This document shows, piece by piece, positions 37,401 through 49,400 of a DNA stretch of 64,000 nt. Origin of the DNA: Chiloscyllium plagiosum (Eukaryota); assembly GCF_004010195.1 (NCBI RefSeq), contig NC_057728.1, forward strand, positions 42,274,469 to 42,338,468, in the 5' to 3' direction. Each line of letters opens with the position of its first letter. Position 1 is the stretch's first letter. The notes under the pieces are model-generated. The model was given only the letters and a program-made list of their open reading frames with translations, did not search any database and was not told the DNA's origin. The translations under genes were made by a program, and so were the position numbers.

Positions 37401-40400
37401 CAGTAACAAATGTATGCAGGTCTCTCCTGCTTGTTCACACAACTCCTGGTGTATTTACTTGACAGTGACTACTGGGAACTATATAGGGTTTGGATCAGCA
37501 GACAATCTGTCCACAAATATCCTCAGTGCTGTTTCAACTCCAGTAACAGAAGTATGGTGGAAATCCTGTTCATTAATTTGAACGGAGTTTCTGACAAATC
37601 TCTGGGGAGTTACAGCAGTGAAGTGCAATCTAAATTCCTGGCCCCTGAGGCAAAGTTATGTTATTTGATACAAGAATCTCTGCACTGACCATGCAATATA
37701 GGGTTGACATAACAGCAAACTGCTGTCTTAAACATGGCTAATCTGTAACACCAACCTACAGAGATGATAATTGTGTGTGGGAAGGGCTACCCACTTACAA
37801 ATAGTTCACTTACATCATCTGCAAGTTCAGCAGGCCTCAATGAAATTGTCTGTTTTGTCACTTGCCTGAAAATTGATGCCTACAGCTTGGGTTTCTTTTC
37901 ATTTATTCTGCTTAATTTAAGTCTCTATTCCTCGAAATTTGGTGAAAATTCTGAATGGGCTGAGATGCAGTTTGGATTTCCTTGAAGGCTTTCAGAAATT
38001 TTGACATTCCATTGTAACATTTTCCTCTAATAATTCACTTTCCAACAGCTTTCACTTCAAGGCCAAATGTTCCAGTGGCCAACTGGCTATTTAGCAACCA
38101 CAAAGTTCAGTGTTTGAGAAGTATTTTTATATATCACTTAGATACACATCAACCAGTCACACTGTTCAACATGATGTTCTTACATTAATTTCATTAACTG
38201 TAAATTAATAATATTTTGTGGTTTAATTTGGGCTTCATCTAACAAGACAATAGTGCTGAGTACCAGCCTGTCCAAAGTTGAATATAGCTGAGAGAGATTA
38301 TTGAAACTTTTGTCTTTTGACAAGTTTAGAGGCAATGGGGACATTTAATGAAATGGGAGCATGTGGGGAAAGGACATGGCCACTTTCCGGCCTCCTCCTG
38401 ATAATGTCTGCAATGGGAAGGCTCTGAACCAGTTATCAACTGAGGATTGTAATTGGGCATGTGATGCCCATTTAAGGACTGCATCCCAGAAGCAATTGGT
38501 ATTCAGCAAGTCATAGAGATGTACAGCATGGAAACAGACTCTTCGGTCCAACCCGTTCGTGCTGACCAGATATCCCAACCCAATCTAGTCCCATCTGCCA
38601 GCACCTGGCCCATATCCCTCCAAACCCTTCCTATTTATATACCCATCCAAATGCCTCTTAAATGTTGCAATTATACCAGCCTTCATCACTTCCTCTGGCA
38701 GCTCATTCCATACCCGTACCACCCTCTGTGTGAAAAGGTTGCCCTCCAAACCCTGGCAACATCCTTGTAAATCTTTCCTGAACCCTTTCAAGTTTCACAA
38801 CATCTTTCCGATAGGAAGGAGAGCAGAATTGCACGCAATATTCCAACAGTGGCCTAACCAATGTCCTGTACAGCCGCAACATGACCTCCCAACTCCTGTA
38901 CTCAATATTCTGACTAATAAAAGAAAGCATACCAAATGCCTTCTTCACTAACCTATCTACCTGCAACTCCACTTTCAAGGAGTTATGAACCTGCACTCCA
39001 AGATCTCTTTGTTCAACAAGTGGCAAATGAAGGGTCAGGGATTGTGGTTATTTACTTGACGTGGAGCCAAAATTGAAAATCTGTTGGCTAGTGGGGGCGG
39101 GGGATTGTTAAATGTCACTTGGTGGCTGATCAGGGAGCTGACATTGGGAAGCAGGAGTCCAGATGAGAGCCATCTCCTGAGATTTCCCCCCCGCCCACTA
39201 AGTCTCTCTTTGGCTTCACTTGAACTTTGACCTGAGATCTCTCTTTGATCCTGCTACTCCATCCACTGGCAATAACAGTAATGTAGAACTGCTGGCTTCG
39301 GACTGGCTGGCAGTTCTCAGGGGATTGAATTTTTACACCACCGGGTCCTCAGTTCTGGGGAAACATGATACTATCTAAATCCCTGATGGGTACTTCACAT
39401 TGCCAGCCTTTCATCAGTTCAGGCAACGCAGGACTCCTACCAGGTGAGACCTCACATCTCAAATATTAAGTTCTACCTCATGTATGCTGTTTTGCTCAGA
39501 ATGAATATTTTTAAAAGATAGGTGTACCTAACAATAAGATCTTCATAACTGAACCGTAATCCATTAGTTGGCAGAGTAATATGAATTGGGTCTATTAGGA
39601 CACTTTGGTTTTGACTTTGCTGTCATCACTGATGCTACTCTGTTAAGCTCATATAATCAAAACCAAGAGCTCTTGTTGTTGTTAACCTTTCAACACTTCC
39701 ACTTTCTGAAAGGAGAATTAAAAATCATATTAAAGATTACCTTTCTCTTGTTTTTGATATTTCTGCAGTTCTGGTACAAGAAGACTGAATGGTCCCAGGC
39801 AGCCAACTGCAGAAGCTATTACATCATCATCATCCAAATCAATCTCTTCATCACTGTCTTTTGTTTTACCAGGATTTCTGTAAAAACGTTTTGGGAAAGG
39901 GGAAGAAAATCCAATATAAAACAATGTGTATTATTCAAAAATCTCAAATGGGACAGATTAGAACACTTAATAAAGGTCTTTACAACATATCATTCATTAG
40001 ATTGAGTGAAAGGCTCAGTGTACAGATGTGATGATGTATTTTCTGGTCACTTTCATTTCTGACTGACTTTTAATTTAGGACAATAGTTTGTGTCTGTTGA
40101 AAATTACAGGGACTTAGGATGTAAGCCACTGTAAAGAGTCAGAAAAGTGAAATATACAACATCATGAGCAAATTTAACTTCTTTTATATAAGACACAGGC
40201 AAAAGCCACATAACACATGCTCTTTGAATGAGGTGGCAGCATAGTAGAAGACACATATTCAGAAAATCAAGAATTTAATGGTATTAAAATTGTAAAAAAA
40301 AAATCACAAGATAATACTTTCACAGTTTAAATATTTGGAACAGTCAATAATCAACATTCATCATCAATTATGAATTAGTTATTAAACTGAATTTTATCCG

Positions 40401-43400
40401 AACACATTATGCATAAATACTATCATCATTGGATAATTGAAGTTTCCCTTACCGTTGTGAATCAGAAGACTTGACAGGGGCTGGGAATGGATTGATATTA
40501 TAAGTGTATTTCTCTCTCAGTTCAGCCAGTTGTGGAAAGGGGAATGGTGCCATTGAATAAAGAGTCTATAACAGGAGAAATTAAACATGATGCCTTAGTG
40601 GGAAGGCTACTTTTGATCCATTCAATAAGCAATTGAGTTTCTTAGAATATCAGATTAGACACAACTATTCGTACTTTTTAAAAAGAAAATGTTTGATATT
40701 TATAATTGGAAACATCGGTGGAAGAAAAACAAGTAAAGAGATTTCCTCTTTCCAGTGATGTCTTTGTCTTTCTTATGAGAACGCAACATCTGTACCGCTG
40801 GAATGGCTCATTAACTGCTGAAGTCCTGGTCAATTCTTTCTTTTATGACGGGAGCAACAAAGGATGCATTATATATAAAAGAAAAACTTAATTTGTTAGC
40901 AGACATGTCCAATGAACTCGGATTATTAGATGTGAGAAAATGATTTGATCTTGAGGACCTTGATATTATCCATAAACACCTCTGATGTGTAACAAACACC
41001 AAAGGGCTAAATTATGAGATAATCTCACTTGGACTAGCCTTGCACACATAGAAGATTAAGAGATGATGAAATTAAGGTATTTAAGATCTCGTAAAGCAGA
41101 TAGAAAGTATTTCATATGTCTTAGAGCAGAGGTGGGGAAACTTTTCATGTTGGAAGGCCGTATTATGTTAGTTGTAATCGAATAAGGCCACATCCAAGAA
41201 ACTTCAATTATATATTCTTCAAAATTCACATTATTTTGTAAAAGTCTAACTACTGTGTACTAACTAACTAAAAAACAAGAAAACAAAAGTTAATTTTAAA
41301 GTTAACTAACCTTTTAATGACTTTGTTGTGACTGCTTTTTGTAGGAAAGCATTTGAATATTTGGTTGCAGCATGGAGGTCTGCAGTTTTAGCTGATCATC
41401 TAGATGGGTATCCATCATTTGTGACCTTAAGGGCGTCTTGATTTTGGTTAAGTAGGAGAATGTAGATTCGCAGCAATAAGTGGTTAAAAAGCAAGAAAGA
41501 ATTTTTCGTGCATGTTGCCGAAGGCTTGGGTATTCTATTGTATTTTTCCATATTTCAATCGGATCTTTCTTAGCGTCAGATAAGGACTTTAAAATGTAAT
41601 CTTCTGAGAGCTCAAACAACTCCATCTGTAGTTCTTTAGGAGCCTTGGAGACATCAACTAGGTGAGGTTGAGATGCTGCTTTGAGTGTGATGTCATGATT
41701 CTCAAAGTCAGAGAATCTTTCATTGTATTTCTTTTATTCTCTGGTATTTTAAATACATTCATTTTAAGATTAAAATAAAAATAATAAAGGACAAAAAAAA
41801 CATATTAATAAAAAATAAGAGATTTGTTCTGCAAAATTTGGATTCATTCAAAAGGCCACACACAATGGCCTAGAAAGCCACAGGTTCCCCACCTCTGTCT
41901 TCGAGCATTCCTTAAAATTAGAGCTTGACTGTACGGAGATGAAATCGAAAGACACATCCCTTTGCTCAATGGTAGTAAAAATTTGAAACCCACAAACCTA
42001 GAAGTGGAGACTGGGTTAATCTTACTCTTCTGTAACCCTCTGATAGATTTTTAGGCAAGGGTATTAAAGGTTAAGGAATCAAAGCAAATGATGGAGTTAG
42101 TCACAGATTAAGGTCAACCACACTTGAGGAACTGAATGGCACACACGTGTTCCTAATTTTTCTAAAAAAAAATATACTATAATGGTTCATCAATGACTTT
42201 CCCACCATCTTAATGTCAAGTACAGATGTTTGCTGATGATTATATAGTATTTGCACGCAGAATGCAATGTGGACAATATTCAAGTTTAATCTGATAAGTG
42301 ACATGTAAAACTTGCATCAAACAAGAGCCAAGTTAGGCCTTCTCAGTGATAGAACTGGTCCTTAACATTGAATGCCATCACCATCACTGAATCTCCCACT
42401 GTCAACATCCTGCGAGGTTACCATCGACTAAAAACTGAATAGAACCAGCCATATAAATGCTCTGGCTTCAAGAACAAGTAAGTAGCTGAGTATTCTGGGT
42501 CAAATAACTCATCTCTTGACACCTCAAACCCTGTCAATCACATGTCAGGAACGTGATGGAATGTTCCACACTTACCTGGATAAATGAAGCTCCAACAACA
42601 ATCAAGAAGTTTGATACCATCCAGGAAAAAGAAACCCACTTGACTGGCACCCTATCCACCACCTTCAATGTCCACTCTCTCCAACACCATCAGACCAGCA
42701 ACATAAGCTCTCTATAAAAGACACTGCAAATTGCAAGCTTCTTTCGGCAGTACCTTGACCTCTCCAATCAAGACAGACAAGGATAACAGATATGTTGGTG
42801 CACAACACATGCAAGTTCCCCTCCAATGTACACTCCATCCTGACTTGGAATGAAATTGCCATTCCTTTAATGTTGCTGTTTCAAAACACTGGACCTCCTT
42901 TCCTAATATCACTGCAGATGCAACCTTATCAAGTGGACTACAGCAGCTCAAGAAAGTGGCTCTCTACCATCCTGACAAAGGTAACTAGGGATAAGCATGG
43001 AGTTCTAGGTTTGCCAGTAATACTGACAAGTTCATGAAACTATAAAAAACAGAATGCATAGCTTGAAAACCTGGTGGAGGAAAATTCAGTCAAGGCTTTT
43101 GAAAAATAATGAGAGAAAATATGGCATTGGCATTGTGAAAAGTAGAGTGGGATAAGATGTTTTTGCAGAACACTGAAATAGATATAATGGATCAAAGGCT
43201 TCCTTTTGTGTTGTAATCATTCCATGATTTCATATTGAATCACCGATGTAAGTTCTAAAGTGTGGGAACTTGAGAAAGAATGTTTTTTTTTCCCCACTGG
43301 TTGAATTGGCCATGATGCTTTGTGCTGCATTAAGCCAAGTAGGATGAATATTGAATTTCATAGAAATATTCCTCGGAATGCTTCATTCAGCTTTGTGAGT

Positions 43401-46400
43401 CATAAATCAGCTATTTTAATAATTATGTACAACATGGAATGAGAAGAAAATTGCTTATAACTAAAAGTTTATAAGTGATACCTTAGGGCACCTTAAAATG
43501 GAAATAATGAATGGATCATTCAATAAATGTAACCAAACATCACCTGGATTTTTAAAGGCGCTAGAGCAGATGGTGACTCAATGCTGTTTCTATTATATAG
43601 GATTCCAAGATTTTGTCTGGTGTAATATAGATCAAATTCCATGATTAAATCTGCTTTTCTTTGACAACTTAATAATCACTTTATCTATCTTGTGTGAAAA
43701 GATTGATTTTTCCAAGAATTAAGGTCATCACCTTATAGAAGCAAGTCAAATTTAATTTAATTACATTGATGGCTTGGCATTTTAGTAATTTGATTCTTAT
43801 GATGAATTAGTCCACCTTTCCAGCAAAATGAGTGGCCCTGATAAGATGTTTCCGACAACCATCATGTTATTAATGCAAGGCAGCATGGTGGCTCAGTAGT
43901 TAGCACTGTTGCCTCACAGTGGGTTCCATTCCACCCTCACGCAATTGTGTGTGTGGAGTGTGCACATTCTCCCTGTGCCTGTGTGGATTTCCTGCTGGTG
44001 CTCTAATTTCCTCCCACAGTCCAAAGATGTGCAGATTAGGTGAAATGGCCTTGTTAAATTGCTCATAGTGTCCATGAATGTACAGGCTAGGTGGGTTAGC
44101 GATGGGAAATCTAGGGATATGGGGGAGAGGGTTTGGGTGGGATGCTCTTCAGAGGGTTGTTGTGGACTTGATGGGCTGAATGGCCTACTTCCACACTGTA
44201 GGTATTCTATGATAAATCGTAACACAGATGAGTCTACACTTTATTGCATTTCCATTCTCAAAATTTGCTTTAGAAATGATGTGACAGAGTTAATGTTTAT
44301 TTTACAGATATGTAAGGCTTAAAAAATGTTTGGGCACACTGTGATATCAGTCTGAGTTGCACATTTGGAGAAATTTCTGCTGTGAGCCTAGCTAAACTTT
44401 CTCACTGTATTTTACCAAGCACATCTCATTAACTACCTACCCCATATCATGGCATCACTCATGTTCCATTTCAGCTTCACCTTACCATGTGCTATGCAAC
44501 TTACAAATGGATTCTATGATTTGTTTCCAGAAGCACTGGGGCTATCATATGATTTAATACCGGCAACTAATTAGGATAGACTCAAAAGAGATCCAGCAGC
44601 TCAAAACTGGTCTTCCATGAAGTGCTGAAGGACATCAGCAGCAGCAGAATTGTCATCTACCATCCTGGGAGAATTCGCCATTCAATGGGTATCTTGGAAT
44701 TAACCAATCCTTTGCAACCGTGGCGTGTTTATATGTCCACGGGATACCTAGACAGCACTGTCAGTCCAGACCTACCCTGTTGGGATCCTGATAATTGCCC
44801 TGAACTTGGCAAACATGGGGAAAATCAAGGTCCTATTTTGTCAGCAGGGGCCTGGGGGCCCTGCTGCATGGGATAGTGCAGAAATGGGACTTTCTCTTCC
44901 CCAAAGACTAACAATGGAGGCTGTGATACAGACTATGCCAGCCTGATCTAAGTTTGCCAACCAGGTTAAAGCAGTCGTCAGCCAATTTAAAGAAGACCCA
45001 GCACTGTCGGACGAACTTCAATCTTCTCCACTCTGCCAACACAACTGCAACTGCCATTCTTTCTGATACATTCAGTCTCTCTTACAGTACCCACATCCCA
45101 CCAAGGTACATGCCCTACCACTCTCACTACTGCCTGCTACAGCTTCCCTCTCTTGCTCCCACTCATCCCAACCCCCAACACCTCTATGCTCTCTGCACTA
45201 CCTAATCACTCACTCAAGACACTTTCCTACCTACATCAAAAATAACTGCTATGTCACCCATTTTTATTGCCCACAAAAGCTGCCTGTCTCTCATTTCATA
45301 AGAATACCAGCCCACAAAAGGTGACTCCTCACCGAGAGTGTCGGAGATGTGTCATGAGGATTCTGAGAGGTTGGCACATATCAGATATTAATTTTCAAGA
45401 AATGGGGTACAAGTGACCAGTGCCCATGGACTGCACCCTGTGATGTTGATGCCTAGTGTCTAACATAGAGGTTTTTCAGAGCATGCGGTGAGCTGAACTC
45501 CTCAGGTACCCACTCTGAATTCCATGTCGAGTTTTCTCATTGTCTAGTTTGTTTGGTGCATTGGCATGGTAGGAAGCTGAATATTAAGAGACCTGCCAGG
45601 CCACTAACAAGGTGTTCAGCCAGGTGCAAGCCATGCTTCTTGTCAAAAGGTGAAGTGAGATGTTCCTGATATCTATATCAGCCCAATGGACTTCTCATTC
45701 AATTCTGACCACCACAGAAATCTCAAACTGGATTGAATCAATCCAAATTCATTTCTCATGCAATTGACTTAGAAAATACTAATTGGACTGTTTCTAGTTA
45801 TGACTGAATTCAATGCAGACTGTAACAGCATAAGAAATGGAAGCAAGAAAAGGCCATTAGGCCCCTTCAGCTTGTTTCTCCATCCACCACCAATCATTTT
45901 TTAACTCCACTTTCCCAGCTATTCCCCATTCCCCATATCTGAGAGATCAAAGTTTTATCACAGCTTTGAATATATTCAACAATGAAGATTCCACAAACAT
46001 CTGGGATAGAGAATTCTAAACATTCACAAATCTCACTATAAAAGTTTTTCTTCATATCACTATTAAATGATTGAAGCCTTACCCTACCCCATGCTAAAAA
46101 TTCCTCAGCCAAGGAAAACAACTTCATAGTAACTACCCTGTCGAGTTTGTCTCAACAAGGTTACCTCACATTCTTCTAAACTTCAGAGTATCTAGTCACA
46201 GTTCACTCAGCCTTGACCTGGACTTTGCAAATGTTGTTACTAATCCAGGAGAAATCAGGAGAAATCAGGAGAATTCAGGAGAAATCTCTTTACTTCTTAA
46301 GTGGAGTTCACTCCAACACTGAATGGTTGAAAAGAAGAGTAATGATGCATTTAGCTGGATAAACATTTGAGAGACAAAGAAATAGCAGGATATTCTAATA

Positions 46401-49400
46401 GGATTAGAATAATGATTAGATAATGGGTGCACAGAGGAGAAAACTCATATGGAGCATAAATACCAACACACACCAGGAGGGCCAAATGGCCTGTTTCTGT
46501 GCTGTCGGTATTTTATAATATTATATAATACTACCCTTTAATATCAGATGATCCTCTCATATCAGGAACTAATCTAGTGAATCTTAGCTATTCAGCTCCA
46601 ATGGAAATCAATCCCTCCTGAGACATGGACAACAAAACTGCACACTGTTTTCCTCGTGTGGTCTCATCAAAGCCTAAGAAAATGATACCAAGCCTTTTAG
46701 TCATGATCATTTTTTGTTGCTATTTACTGAGAAATGATAAACATGCTCTTTTGGAAACTATCTAAAGTGCAGGTAAATGCTGCAAACACAGGAAACCTTC
46801 TTGATCATGTTACTACAAATAGTGACTGAAGAAATTCTCTTGCATAAATTGGAGCAGTTACTGACCTGCATCAGCTCATTACAATCAATCAGACTATCTT
46901 CCAGCATCTCTTGAGTTAGCTTTCCCATGGTGCAGTAGAATTCATCTGCACTTTGGCAGCTTTCGATTCTTCTGTTAAAATGAAAAGTGGCCTTTGTCAC
47001 TATCATTCATGTAAAAACATCATTTTTTTGTCCACAGTGTGACTTCACTTTGTATACACTTGTAAAAAATGCACTCAGTCTCAATTGGGTTGTCACAAAT
47101 AGAATCAAGTGGATGCTTGCTACTTTAGCACAGCTTGTGGGTTATGAAAGCAAAATAGTATATTAATAAATATTGATATCTTAAAAGTTATTTTAAAAAC
47201 TAAATATCTATTAAGAAATCACCAGGAATTGAGAACATTCCTGACTTGGTTCATCCTTTAATTCACTATTTAGTCATTTACCTTAACTCTTGCCTTTGAT
47301 TGCATATTAGAGATTTAAAAATTTTTGTTGCGATCACTAATAATTTTTCACTTCAACTGTTCTAATTGACCAAGTGTAGTCAGACCTGGAAAGGTCTGAA
47401 TGAATTTTGATATGAATTTTTAGTGCTTTGGGGAAATAACGAGATAGCAGGACCAATCAAACAGTTCTTTCAAAGAGGAAGCGCAGAAATGACGTTGCAA
47501 GATTCTATGCAACTTACAAATGGATTATTACACTCAATCTATAATTTGTTTTCAGAAGCACTGGGGTTGTCATAATATTTAATACTGACATCTAATAAGT
47601 ATAGACTCAAAAAGAGATCTCGCAGCTCAAAACTGGCCATCCATGAAGTGCTGAGGGACATCAGCAGCAACAGAATTGTCTTCAATTCCAATCTCTCATC
47701 TCATAGCCAGAACATTCCTCAGGTAAAAACGAGGACTGCAGATGCTGGGAACCCGAGTCTGGATTAGAGTGGTGCCGGAAAAGCATAGCAGGTCAGGCAG
47801 CATCCGAGGAGGAGGAAAATTGATATTTCGGGCAAAAGCCCTTCATCAGGAATAGAGGCAGGGAGCCTGCAGAGTGGAGAGATAAATGAAGGGGGGGGTG
47901 GGGGTGGGGAGAAATTAGCATAGTGTACAATAGGTGAATGGGGGGGGGGGGAGGGGAAATGAGGAAACTGGTGAAGTCCACTTTGATGCTCTAAGGTTGA
48001 AGTGTTCCGAGGCGGAAGATGAGACGTTCTTCCTCCAGGAATTGGGTGGTGAGGGAGCAGCGGTGGAGGAGGCCCAGGACCTGCATGTCCTCAGCAGAGT
48101 GGGAGGAGGAGTTGAAATGTTGGGCCACAGGGCGGTGGGGTTGATTAGTGCGGGTGTCCCAGAGATGTTCCCTAAAGCGTTCTGCGAGGAGGCGTCCAGT
48201 CTCCCCAATGTAGAGGAGACCGCATCGGGAGCAATGGATACAATAAATGACATTGGTGGATGTGCAGATAAAACTTTGATGGATGTGGAAGGCTCCTTTA
48301 ACACCAGCCAGCAAGGACATCAAACATTTAGTGAGGACTGCAGGAAAGAATGCCTGAGTAGTACCTATAATTTAAATGCCAACCCGTTGAAGCTGCAACA
48401 TAGGTCCACTTGCATGCAAAAAAGCAGAGCAGCAAGCTATAGAGCGAGCTGTGTAATCCCACAACCAATGGATCAGATCATAGTTCAGCAGTCCTCCCAC
48501 ATCCAGTTGTGAATGGTAGTAGACAGTTAAATAACTAACTGGAAGAGCAAACCTCATTCTCATTGTCAGAGAAGTACAGCACATCAGTGAAAAAGTCAAG
48601 GCTAAGCATTTGCAAACATCTTCAGCCAGGAGTACCAAGTTGATGGTCATTTCAGCTTCTTCCTGAGCCCCAAGCATCCCAGATGGCTCATCACATTCTG
48701 AATTACTATGTGATATCATGAAAAAGCTAAACATTTGAGATACTGAAAAGGCTCTGCGACATGATGACATCCTGGCTGCATTACTGAACACCTGTGTTCC
48801 AGTAAAAGCTGGACACATGACTAAGTTGTTCCAATACAATAGTACTGGTAAATTACTAGCATTTACCTGACATGGAAAATTCCCCAGGTATGTCCTGTGC
48901 AGGACAAATCCAATCCCCTCCCACTCAAATATCACCCAATCAGTACTTACACTTGGTTATGAGTAAAATTAGATTAGATTAGATTACATTACATTACATT
49001 ACCATGGCCAATTCACCTGACCTGCACACCTTTGGACTGTGGGAGGAAATCGGAGCACACGGAGGAAATCCACGCAGACACGGGGAGAACGTGCAAACTC
49101 CACACAGTCAGTCGCCTGAGGTGGGAATTGAACCCGGGTCTCTGGCGCTGTGAGACAGCAGTGCTAATCATTGTGCCATCGTGCCGCCCAAATGATAGAC
49201 AGTGTTCTGGAAAGTGCTTTCAAGTGGCACTTACACAGCAATAATCTGATCTTTGATGTTTATGCTATTGTTTGGGTTCCATTAGGACCACTCAACTTAA
49301 AATCTTGATACTGCGTTGGTCCAAAGATGGTGGAAAGAACTGCATTCGAATCAAGAGGGGAGAGTGACTGCCCTTGACATCAAGGCATCAAAGAAAATGA

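Larger units (their letters stand above)
44492..47680 (+). repeat. Pair of diverged direct repeats of about 165-175 bp (44492-44654 and 47505-47680)
   Basis: Both read CTATGCAACTTACAAATGGATT...CAGAAGCACTGGGG...TAGACTCAAAA...CCATGAAGTGCTGA.GGACATCAGCAGCA.CAGAATTGTC. Confidence 0.85.

Noticed and set aside
46242..46286. CRISPR-like or regulatory array
   Set aside because: Simple 10-bp tandem repeat with no spacers, in a vertebrate intron.
47934..48512. 192-aa plus-strand ORF
   Set aside because: Antisense reading of the Penelope GIY-YIG fragment running into a LINE relic.
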